A stretch of 63,885 bases of DNA, filler included, from Choristocarpus tenellus KU-1152 (lineage: Eukaryota > Protista > Phaeophyceae): NCBI GenBank assembly GCA_964200185.2. It is 10 parts of 10 records of this genome, joined end to end, with 100 filler letters (N's around TTAATTAATTAA, not from the genome) between each part and the next. Parts side by side here need not be neighbours in the genome. Positions count along the whole stretch, not along the records: positions 34,546 to 46,193 come from CAXNAD020002207.1; positions 46,294 to 48,884 come from CAXNAD020026480.1; positions 48,985 to 51,934 come from CAXNAD020023424.1; 7 more parts are not named here. One strand, given 5' to 3'. Position 1 is the first letter of the stretch, and each line of letters starts with the position of its first letter. The position numbers and the translations under genes were made by a program. This document shows, one piece after another, positions 37,901 through 49,180 of the stretch. The notes beneath the pieces are model-generated. The model did no database searches and was not told the origin of the DNA. It saw only the letters and a program-made list of their open reading frames with translations.

Positions 37901-38835
37901 TGGATGCCGATGTCCTTTGGCGAGTGAGCAACCTCGACAAAATGGTCCCCAAGTCCCAGTCAGTAAGATATTCTGAGCAGAACCGTATTTCCTCACCATC
38001 CTCTGATGAACATGGCCTAGTCTAATCTTACATGCAGCTCATTGACATATCGATGCATTTTTCCGGCTCAAGTTAGTTCTTGGTGTGCCAGAAATTGGTG
38101 TTGTATCAGTGGTAGGGACAATAGTAGAATCGGAGTAATTCATCACACTCACTCTGCGCATCCCTAGGGAGAATAATTCCTCCTCCCCCAATGATGTAAA
38201 GGTGAGATTTCTTTCCTCGTCGTCCCTTAAAGTGGAGTCGACAGACCGGAAACTGTGACCATCTCACATGCAAGCCTTGGCAGAATACACGTTCACACCA
38301 AGATTAGGCACCACAAGTACGTTTGTGAATACAACAGTCTCCAGTTTATCACTTAGAACACATTTCAATTTGATGTCCCCCTTCCCCACAATGTCAAGTC
38401 TTCCACCACCTCCAACTGCAACTGTTCCATCACAAGATTCCCAATTAAACATGTTTCTATTGTTCGATGTAAAATTATGTGTGGCTCCACTGTCGTAAAT
38501 CCAAACCTCAAGTCATGATGGCCTCTTGAAAGGAAGTGATTTTACCTTACTAGCAAGATAACTCACTTGATTGGTTACTGAAAAACCTGCCAAACCTGGT
38601 TGTCCTTCGTCAGATCCATCCAATTTTGGTCCTCCCTTGTTCTTAGAACCATTCCCCCCCATCCGATTCTTCTTCCTTTGGATGTTCGAAGATTCCAGAC
38701 CCCTTGACGATCCCTATTTTCTTTCCGGACAATCGAAGCTTTGATGTCCTATTTCCCAGCATTCAAAGCAAGTAATGCCCCCTTCTCTTGCCTTCTGTTT
38801 CTTGATTTGTGGGCATTTGGATCGGAAGTAAGATC
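34990..38835 (-). mobile_element. Decayed Ty1/Copia retrotransposon (Copia-1), gag truncated by the Copia-2 LTR
   Basis: Domain order gag Zn knuckle (CWEIGHQSFDCP, ~38740), protease (WIYDSGATHNFT, ~38490), integrase (RVYVDLTG..FVVDDCTR, VRTDC..PQCNGVVERR), RT (KKARLVVQGFEQQPGIDW, DAVGAFANAEL, LIHVDDML), RNase H (FEDNSGAI..RTKHIDIIYHY). Confidence 0.92.
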
Positions 38836-41800
38836 TGTGCAATACCTGTATGTTTGATAACAATTATGTAACAGAAATGTTGACTGAGTGGAGTAAGTGT
38901 CAACGACCTGTTTCCGTATGTTAGAGTAGCAGGTTCCAGTCTCGATGGGTTAATTTTCTTTATTTCTGCATAATGCAAGTAGCTGACGCAGGATGACTGA
39001 CGCAGCTACGACTGACGCAGAACGAGTGACGTAGTGCGACTGACATAGACACGTTCTGAAGTGTCTGCTGACGTGCGCAATAGATGACGAGGCATAGTAC
39101 CCCCTCCCCAACTCGAGGGATGGTGCTCACTCCGCTAATATATTCATTGATACCACATAAAGCAATAACTCTATTTGAACAGCTCGTTTGTACAACACAA
39201 GTTATGAGCCTCAGAGCTATGGAAGCGGACCAACGTAAGCTGCCACTATGGAGTGGCGTGCGTGGGCATACAAGGGAGAATTGGGCAAAATGGTGGATGG
39301 CGCTGGTGAGCTGAGCAGACGGGAAGGCACTGTACCGCATCCTCCAACCAGCATACAACACCCCTGCACCTCCTGTGGCTGATACATCGTTTGGGGAATG
39401 CAGCGCGTATGAGGAGAGTACATCAAGCATCGTGAGGCCTTGTGGTTCCTGCTGGGTCAGACCACGAGGGGGGCTGCAGCGATGGTGGTCAGCACCCACG
39501 AAAATAACGGCAGCCCCGACGGGAGGGCAGCGTGGCTCAAGTTGGAGCAAATCTACGGGGGGCGCGCTGCGGTCCAGCGGCCCATGCAGCTCATAGCTCT
39601 CGAGATGAAGCTGCGCAACATGTACTGCTCGTCAATGGAGGACGCTGCCAACTTCGTCATTCGTCTGGATCACATCTGAACAAAGTACGAGCAGCTGGAG
39701 GCGGCCAAGGAGGACCACGGCAAGAAGGGGGGGGCTCTGATCATCGGCATCAGGAACAACATGCCACAGGTGTTTGCACAGCTGTTCACAGCTCCAGACC
39801 TCACCTACGACCAACTCAAAAATGTCATCATGTCCTCCTCTTCATACATGACCATGAAGGTCACAGGGGAAACAACTAGGAACTCGGGGGCTATGGCGCT
39901 CCACACAGGTGCAGGGACACAGACAAGGAGACAGGGTTCCGGGAGAGGCCTTGGTTCGAACCAATGTGCTTTTTGTCTCAAACTAATCACAGATGGAATG
40001 AATGCTACTCGTACTTGGCTGGCAAACCTCCTGCTAAGCGCCCCCGAGGGCTTGGGGCGGCGCGCAAATTTCCACCACCATCAACCAGTGACCGGAGCAG
40101 TGGTGGCGGAGGCTGTGGCAAGGCTGATCGTCAGGGCTCTCATCGCGGGCGTTCCTGGCCATGAACGTGTCTCTAGGGGAGGGAGGACGTGTATAACAAG
40201 ATGGTCGAGGCAGCGATCCTGTCCTCATCTCAAGATCTGTCCAACATCATCAGCCTACTGTGCAAATCGGGTGCAAACGTGCACCTTAACCCCCAACCGC
40301 AGGACCTCACTGCAGCAACAGCTATCCCCTGCACCTGCACCTTTGGAAACAAAGGTACACTGGACGCACGAGCAATCAACGAGATGGTCCTGGAGGCAAC
40401 TGACGAGATAGGCACACCAACCACAATTGTTCTCCAAGATGTGCTCTGGGTACTGACTGCTTCTGCCATGGAGGATTCTCAGCACAGTTAGCGTGAGGCA
40501 CAAAGGAGGTGAGTTCGTGGACTCAGGGATCAGGAAGGGCTACATCCAGCCCAACAAGGAGGCAGCCAAGATCCATTTGGAGTAGAAAGAAGGAGCCTTC
40601 CTGATGCTGCGAGTCCAGTTTCACGTCAAAAAGCGGAAGAAGGGCCAGGCAACGGTCAATGCTAGCTACACCAATAAACAGCAGCGCCTCTCCCTCTCCG
40701 ACTGGCACAGCATCATGGGTCACCTCAACCCATTTGCGATCAAACATCTGAAGAAGCACGGCCTCCTGGACATCGCAGAGGCTACAGTCGCCTCCAGGTA
40801 TCCAAGGAGTGCAAGTCCGAGGCACTCAGTTATGCACGGGGCGGCCGCAGTCCCAAGACAGTGGGGGAGGTGATGCACACACACCTGGAGGGACCCTTCA
40901 ACCCGGACGTGACGGACATGAAGTACGTTCAGGTGTTCGTGGACGAGGCCAGCCGGGAGAAGCACGTGATGGGTCCGCATACCAAGGATGCCACAACCGC
41001 GGCCACCGCCGCCTACATCGATGAGATGGCTCGAGAAGGGGTGGTGGTGACGTACATCAATGAAGATGGCGCTGGCAAGTTTGGGAGGAGCATTAGGTTC
41101 CAGCGCATGCTGACAGAGTGGGGCATGAAGTGGTGCAAGACCCCCTCTGCTCATGCCCCAGAGCAACGGGATTGTTGAGCGGGCAATTAAACAGGTGATG
41201 TAAGCGGCACGCAGCCAGGTGATCCAGGCTGGGCTGGTGGAGGAGTTGTGATTCTTCGCGGTGGCAGACGCCACATACAATACCACAGGCATGCCACATG
41301 AGTACCTGGGCGGTGAGACACCATGCAAGCACATGACCAGCAAGCCGTTCAACTACAAACGGCTCCATGTGTTCGGGACAGAGTGCTTCGTGCATCAGAC
41401 CAAGCAACAGCGCAGTGCCAACGCCAAGTTCCACCCGTACGCTAAGCAGGGGATCCTCGTCGGGCACGACAGGGCATCACTGTGCTGGCATGTGTAGATC
41501 CTGCGGTAAGGTAAGCTGGTGACCTCCGCACAAGTGAAGTTCCAACCTGAAGTCAAACTGCTGGAACTGATGGGGTAGCCAGAGCTGGACATACTGGGGG
41601 AGTCGGAGCACGATGATGCCATGAACATTGATGGCAATGGCGAAGGGGAGGCGTCCGCAACAGGGAGTGAGGCACACACGACTGGGCACACAGGTGGAAA
41701 CATTGGGTTTGGGGCTCAAGATGCAAAGCACTCAACACCCCATCAAAGTAAACAGATTTCTCCCAGGATGGGATAATGCCAGTGCATGGATAGGGCAGGA

Positions 41801-44371
41801 CAGATAGCGGCCAAGCGCCTGGCCCCACACTCTGGATAGCAGGTATCTTCCTGGCTGGAGCAGCGCCAGCGGGTGGACTACACATCCTGTGCATTATAGA
41901 CTGGTAGTCTGTAGGCTTCTTATGTGTTTGGTAACCAGTACCGTGTAACAAAATTTTTGACTAAGTGGCTTCATTGTCAATCACTTGTTTCTGTATGCCC
42001 AGAGTAGTAGGTTCAAATCTCGACGAGTTGGTTTCTTGTTGTCTAATGTCAGTGGCTGATGTAGGACAACTGACGTAGCTACGATTGACACAGAACGAGT
42101 GACATAGTACTACTGATGCAGAACGACTGACGTAGTGCGACTGACACAGACATGTTCTGACGTGTCTGTTGACGTGTGCAATAGATAATGTGTCAGAGCA
42201 CTCCCCCTCCTCAAGGGATGGTGCTCACTCCGCCAATAAATTCGTTCATACCACATAAAGCAAAAACTCTATTCAAACAGCTCTTTTTTGCACACATCCC
42301 AGCTGTACGACCTGGAGGAGGGTGAAGACACAGACATGAACCACTTCGTGTCAACCCTCATACAGCAGAACAACGAGGACGTGTACTGCCTTCTGGGTCT
42401 CATGAGGGAGGTGGCAACAGGTGCAAACGAGCCGTCTATAATAAAGGAGGCCCTGAGGGGGCCGGATGCAGAGCAGTGGCAGGAGGCCATGGAGAAGGAA
42501 ATGGCAGGGCTATGGTAGAAGGGGATGTTTGGTGACGAGGCCCTGCCCCAAGTGAGGAAGGCAATCAAGACATGATTCGTCTTCAAAATCAAGCGCTCCG
42601 TGGATGGGACAGTGGAACACTCTAAGGCACAACTCTGCGGCTTCACCCAAAATGCAGGCGTGGACTTCTTCAAAACCTTCAGACCGGTGGTGGGGTACGA
42701 CACACTACAGAGCACCATGTCTGTTGCAGCGTACAGAAGGCTGGGACATCGATGCCCTGGACTTCATGCAGGCCTACCTCAACGCAGAACTACAGGAGGA
42801 TGTCTGGCTGGAGCTTCCGGACGGCCACACCATCAAGGCAGAGAAGGCAATCTATGGGTTGAAGCAGTCAGCCATGGAGTGGTATCACGAGCTACGTGGC
42901 ACCATCCTGGCAGAAGGGTGGATGACCAGCCAACACGGCAATTGCCTCTACTTCAGGAAGAGTGAAGATGGATGCATTGCCATCCTCACCACCTACGTGA
43001 CCATACTGTCACCACCGGGGACTTCACGGAGGAGATCCAGTGGATGAGGGGCATTGCTGCTGAGAAGTACGAGGGGAGGGACCTAGGCACACCGGACAAG
43101 GTGATTGGGGTGGGGGTGGCCATCACTGTGGGTGCGGATGGCATAACCCTGGACCAACAGCTATACGCAAAGGGCATCATCATGGCTGTGATGGGTTCCA
43201 CGGAAGTGCAGGATACATCTGCATCACTCGACCCCGGCATGGACCTCTCTGCCAGGCACGACAATGAGGAGGAACTGAATCCCACCATCTACCCCTACGC
43301 CAGCATCCTTGGCCAACTCATGTTTCTAGCAGGCATGACTCGGCTGGACCTGACCAACAGTGTTCGTGAACTGGGGCACAGGGCGGTGTCTCCATACATG
43401 CGGCATTGGCGCGGACTGCAAAACATTCTACGCTACGTAGCAGGGACACTGGGTGTCTGCATTCACTATGGTCGGGGGACTAATGATATGAACAGAGGGG
43501 ACGGAGAGCTCTTGGTGGGGTATAGGGATTCTGTCTGGGGCACTGAATCTCAAACACGCAGGAGTGTCACAGGCTACCAGTATTGTTCAACGGATCACTG
43601 ATCACTTGACACTCCAAGCTTCAAGGCGCCATCACCCTCTCCAGCTCGGAGGCGGAGTGGACGGCAATGGCATATGGCATGCGCCACTGCCTCTTCCTTC
43701 AAGGCATTCTGGGGGAGATTGGTGTACTGCAGGACCTGACTCCCTGATTCTGTGAAACCCACGGTGCTATCCAGGCAGGCAGCATCACAGGTTTCAATGG
43801 AAGAACAAAGCAAGTAGACATGAAACTGAAGTGGACCAGGGTCTGTTCCACTAACAATACGTTCCAACATCAAAACAACTGGCCGACATTTTGATTAAGT
43901 CTTTGTGCAAGAACCTTACTTTTGATTTTGTGAATTCCGTGCTTTCGTGTCGGGGGTAAGCTCTTGTCAGCAACTTTGCTGCACGCTCATGGGGGAATGT
44001 GCATTATAGGTTGGTAGTCAATAGGTTTCTTATGTGTTTGGTAGCTAGTAGTATGTAACAAAAATGTTAGCTGAGTGGCTTAATTATCGATCACTTGCCT
44101 CTGCACGCCCAGAGTAATAGGTTTGAATCCAGATGGGCTTGTTTCTTTTTCTTTACTCTAAGGAGTTGACGCAGAACGACTGACGCAGGGCGACTGACAC
44201 AGAACGACTGACACAGTGCGACTGGCACAGACATGTTCTGACGTGTCTGCTGATGTGTGCAGTAGGTAACAAGCCAGGGCACCCCCCCCTCAAGGGATGA
44301 TGCTCATTCTGCTAATTAACTTCATCCATACCACATAAAACCGAACTCTATTCGAACAGCTCTTTTGAACA
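38836..44371 (+). mobile_element. Ty1/Copia retrotransposon (Copia-2): 5' LTR 38836-~39194, PBS ~39200-39211, decayed gag-pol, PPT 43989-43997, 3' LTR 43998-44371
   Basis: LTRs start TGTGCA and end TG(T/A)ACA. Motifs: gag DGRAAWLKLEQIY, GAG-pre-integrase WHSIMGHLN, integrase FVDEASR, RT LDFMQAYLNAELQEDVWLELP..KAIYGLKQSA, RNase H remnant. PPT ATGGGGGAA lies directly before the 3' LTR. Confidence 0.93.
41888..42294 (+). mobile_element. Solo LTR of the Copia-2 family, inserted in Copia-2 pol, 5-bp TSD CATCC
   Basis: catcc|TGTGCATT...TTTTGCACA|catcc. The sister copy shows the empty site gactacacatcccagctg (reverse complement of ~45410-45427). Confidence 0.95.
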
Positions 44372-46193
44372 ATTCAAGTCTGCTAGAAACATGGGTTTGC
44401 CGAGGATGCTGGCGTAGGGGTAGATGGTGGAATTCAGTTCCTCCTTGTTGTGCCTGGCAGAGAGGTTCATGATGGATGGGGGTCATGCAGCGAAGATGTA
44501 TCCCGCACTTCCACGGAGCCTATTCCGGCAGTGACAATGCCCTCCATGAATAGCTGTTGGTCCAGGGTGATGCCATCCACACCCACAGTGATGTCCACCC
44601 CAATCACCTTGTCAGGTGTGCCTAGGTCCCTCCCCTCGATTTTCTCCAGCAGTGATGTCTTCATCCACTGGATCTCCTCCGTGAAGTTCCCGGTGGTGGC
44701 AGTGTTGTTCACGTAGGTGGTGAGGATGGCAATGCATCCATCTTCACTCTTCCTGAAGTAGAGGCAATTGCCGTGTTGGCTGGTCATCCACCCTTCTGCC
44801 AGGATAGTGCCACGTAGCTCGTGATACCACTCCATGGCTGACTGCTTCAACCCATAGATTGCCTTCTCTGTCTTGACGGTGCGGCCGTCCGGAAGCTCCA
44901 GCCAGACGTCCTCCTGCAGTTCTGCGTCGAGGTAGGCCTGCATGAAGTCCAGGACATCGATGTCCCAGCCTTCTGTATGCTGCAACGGACATGATGCTCT
45001 GTAGTGTGTCGTACCCTACCACCAGTCTGAAGGTTTTGAAGAAGTCCACACCTGTATTTTGGGTGAAGCCGCAGACCATGAGTCGTGCCTTAGAGCGTTC
45101 CACCGACCCATCGACAGAGCACTTGATTTTGAAGACGAATCACCTCTTGATTGCCTTCCTCACTTGGGGCAGGGCCTCGTCACCAAACATCCCCTTCTAC
45201 CATAGCCCTGCCATTTCCTTCTCCATGGCCTCCTGCCACTGCTCCGCATCAGGCCCACTCGAGGCCTCTTTGTTGTAGACGGCTCATCTGCACCTGTTGC
45301 CACCTCCCCCATGAGACCCAGAAGGCAGTACACGTCATTGTCATTCTGCTGTATGAGGGTTGACACGAAGTGGTTCATGTCTGTGTCTTCACCCTCCTCC
45401 AGGTCGTACAGCTGGGATGTGTAGTCCACCCGCTGGCGCTGCTCCAGCTGGGAAGATGCCTGCTATCCAGAGTGTGGGGCCTTGTGCTTTGCCGCTATCT
45501 GCCCTGCCCTATCCATGCGCTGGCGTTGTCCCATCCTGCGAGAAATCTGTTGACCTTAATGGGGTGCTGAGCACTTTGCATCTTGAGTCTCATGCTCAGT
45601 GCTCCTGCCCGCATGCCCAGCCGTGTGTGCCTCACTCCCTGGTGCGGACACCTCCTCTTCGCCTCCGCCATCGATGTTCATGGCATCATCGTGCTCCGAC
45701 TCCCCCAGTATGTCCAGCTCTGACTTCCCCACCAGTTCCAACAGTTCAGCTTCAGGTTGGAACTTAACTTGTGCAGAGGTCACCAGCTTACCTTACCGCA
45801 GGATCTACACATGCCAGCACATTGACGCCCTGTCGTGCCCGACGAGAATCCCTCGCTTAGCGTACGGGTGGAACTTGGCGTTGGCGCCGCACTGTTGCTT
45901 GGTCTGATGCACAAAACACTCTGTCCCAAACACATGGAGCCGTTTGTAGTTGAACGGCTTGCTGGTCAGGTGCTCGCATGGTGTCTGACTGCCCAGGTAC
46001 TCATGTGGCATGCCTGTGGTCTTCTTGTATGTGGCGTCTGCCACCGCGAAGAATCACAACTCCTCCACCAGCCCAGCCTGGATCACTTGGCTGCGTGCCG
46101 CTTACATCACCTGTTTAATTGCCCGCTCAACAATCCCGTTGCTCTGGGGCATGAGCAGAGGGGGTCTTGCACCACTTCATGCCCCACTCTGTC
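44372..46193 (-). mobile_element. Second Copia-2 copy (integrase to RT), inverted, truncated by the 3' LTR of copy 1 and by the contig end
   Basis: Its reverse complement aligns with ~41112-43330 minus the solo LTR; RT LTTYVNN, KAIYGLKQSAMEWY. Confidence 0.93.
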
Positions 46194-48642
46194 NNNNNNN
46201 NNNNNNNNNNNNNNNNNNNNNNNNNNNNNNNNNNNNNTTAATTAATTAANNNNNNNNNNNNNNNNNNNNNNNNNNNNNNNNNNNNNNNNNNNNGGGTCTA
46301 CACAAGGGTGTCCATTTGGGTCAAAATCAGGAAAAATGCATTTACAGTAACCATCCGACGTATGCAAGCAAATCACCCAAAAATCGCGACATGAAAAAAC
46401 TGACCCCAAATGGAGAGCCGCCACCCCCTCACAGATACTTTGAGCCTGAAGGGGTTAGACCTGGCAGTGTACCAGGCAAGTATTCCGTTGCAGTTCATAT
46501 GAGTTTTGAAAATTTTAGACCTTCAGTTTTAATCAGGAGATTATTATAGCATTTTGTTTTGGAGTGTTGAAGACTGGGGTTACATTGCCAGTCGATTGAT
46601 TGCCTCTTCCCTACTTTGTACTCCTTTCTAGGGCATGTATCGTTAATAGTGAGTAGAGGTCAGCAGCAAGAGAGGCAACATTTTATAGGGACCAGTCCCA
46701 GGTCGTCAAATATTTCAACTCAACCACGTTGCGGGTTGTTCCTGGTGAAATATGGATGATCAGGGCTGGTCCAGGGAAAGCGATTGTACCTAAACCCAGC
46801 CGTGAGTCGTTCTGCAGCTCTGGTTCGGTCAACCTGTCCTGTGAAAAGTTCTGGTATTTCCTGTTTGTGTTCTGTGTTTTGCTTCACCGTAAATATAGGT
46901 TTGAATACCTAGAGTTTGAGACGGATGTTACTGTAATTATTGTAGCTAATTGTGGTCAAGGTATGGATGAGTGACCTTTTTCATGTTTACGTGCACTATT
47001 GTTCATATAGACCAATGAAATAGAGTGCATTGCACAGGGCAGGAAAGGTGGCTTAGAATGCGAAAGGATCCAAACCTGCCTACGTTTCAATTGGTTTGAC
47101 TCTGTAGTGTAACTGAACTAGCTAGGAAGAATGAGCAAAACCCTCACAACCTATCGATGCTTTGTAATGCATGGGGAGGATCAGGATCCTGGCATTCCGC
47201 GGTTAAATTTTTTATCTGGCGGGGATTCCTAGGAGTTGCGCTGTGTCGCCTAGAAGTTGAGATGTTGGTTCGTGGATTGTCCAATTGAGTTGAAAATAAT
47301 CTCGACTTAATGACATCCAATAGAGCAATGGATTCTTCCATATGATAAGTGGGAACTGTGCGCTGCACCCCACGACCACGGTCTCAGATTCACATAGTTC
47401 AAAGGCATTGATGAGATGCTAGCGATCCCTCACAGGAGTATCACAATTGGGTTCCGTGGACTTGGGCAAGAGGCCAAATGTGTGAAAGAGGAAGAAGACA
47501 AGACCACGTTGTTAGGCTTGAGTGATCCTGTCAAATGTGCCCAGATGAAGAAGTTGAAGCTGAAGACGACTGAGGAGGTTGAAGAGAGGGAGCTGATGGA
47601 GGAGGTCATGGTGTCCCTTGGCAGCCTCCAGCAAGAATAGGGTGCAGTGTTAGCCCACAAGGTGCTGCATCTACTACTTATCCTCCATTGGGGTTTCAAT
47701 GGGTTCTATGACTGCAGTATCTTTGAGTTGGTAATCTTTGTCACGGAAATGATGTCTGTTGGCTAAGTGAAGGTTCGCAAATTTACCAAGGAGTGAAGGG
47801 AAAACGGAAAGTACTGACGGATTCCAGTGAGGGAAAAGGGAAGGTAGGTTCATATCAAGATAAATGCATAGAGCTGGCATCTATACGTAGCTCATCCTAC
47901 TGGAGTTCCTTATCTTGGACCAGAACAGCTCAGGGCAAGAGTTAATTAGACCGGATCTTTTGGACTATGCGGAGCTCACATTTGAGGTCAAGCTGTCCGA
48001 TGGAGGCCTGTCAAGATTTTGGAAGTGAGTGAAGATGGTTTGTTGGAGAAAGAGGATCAAGATCCCCCCCCTATCTGATTTAAACTCCTCCATATGTGCC
48101 TTCCCTCCAGCACATCAAGTTGTTTCGGGCACATGGCAAGGGTGGTGTCAGCATTCAATCCAAGCGGAAGTTTGCCTTACACCAAGATTTGGGACCAGAT
48201 CAGGCTCGATCAACATTGGGACCCAACATGGAAGGGGAAGGAGGGTGGTTGGTTGCCTTCACCCTGTGATGAACTTGTGGGTTGTGCGAACAAAGTAATG
48301 GCTGAGTGGATAGTGAATGGCGAGGTGTTTGAAGAGACTATTATTGACAACCTTCTTGCTCCCCCTGAGACTGAGGATGGCATTCCCCGAGTGTTGGAGA
48401 TTGTAGCGATCAAAAGTTCTACTGAGCCTGTTTGAGCGCAGAATACTTCAATGCTTCAATTCTTCAGTGACCCAAATAACCATGAACAACAAAACCAGTG
48501 CGACACAGTAACATGCAGGGATGTACATTAATTTGTGTCTGCCATGAAGAGGATACACCAAATATCTGTGATGAGTTTGCTTTTTTTTGCCTTGTACGCC
48601 AAATACTTTGATGAAATTCTTCACAGCTATCCCGACAATAAA

Positions 48643-48822
48643 GGCTCAGAGTATCTGGGGGGGGAGTGTGGCTGTCCATTTGGAGCCCATTTTCCCATGT
48701 CGCAATTTTTGGGTGGTTTGGTTGCATGTGTCGGATGGATAAGGTAAGTGCACTATTCCTGATCACGGTCCAAATGGACACCCTGGTGTAGAACCCCCCC
48801 CCCCCCAAAGATACTTTGATCC
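48643..48822. mobile_element. MITE family A, full length
   Basis: GGCTCAGAGTATCTGGGGGG...CCCCAAAGATACTTTGATCC, with the conserved core TTTGGTTGCATGTGTCGGATGGATAA. Confidence 0.88.
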
Positions 48823-49120
48823 GTCTTTCTTGATCCCTGGAACAGTCCCAACAGCATCATCTATACCTCCAGAGAGCTTGTTATNNNNNNNNNNNNNNNN
48901 NNNNNNNNNNNNNNNNNNNNNNNNNNNNTTAATTAATTAANNNNNNNNNNNNNNNNNNNNNNNNNNNNNNNNNNNNNNNNNNNNCTAGGGAAGACTGTAG
49001 TACAATATTTGATAGTGGTGAAGTAACTGATTAGTGGTTTCCACACTTACAATGTTTTATAGTGTTCTTACGTTTAGGATATTTGATTTCTTTAGGGCTA
49101 ATAACGACATATGTATAGTT

Positions 49121-49180
49121 TTCATTGGTTTCCCCCCTAACACATCTGCAAAATGTTAGAGGGCATAATAAAATAATGTG
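49121..49180. repeat. Fragment homologous to the inverted repeat of the mariner element at 55.9-57.6 kb
   Basis: ttcattggtttcccccctaacacatctgcaaaatgttagagggcataata matches the reverse complement of ~57399-57448. Confidence 0.7.

Noticed and set aside
38881-38960. Functional tRNA genes within the LTRs
   Set aside because: A and B boxes are present, but acceptor and anticodon stems cannot be folded. Reported only as a tRNA-like module.
38982-39075. CRISPR-like repeat-spacer array
   Set aside because: The units are short, adjacent and lack unique spacers. They lie inside LTRs, in eukaryotic DNA with no cas genes.
38960-41352. Long minus-strand ORFs (196 and 210 aa)
   Set aside because: They are antisense shadows of GC-rich Copia-2 LTR/gag/pol sequence.
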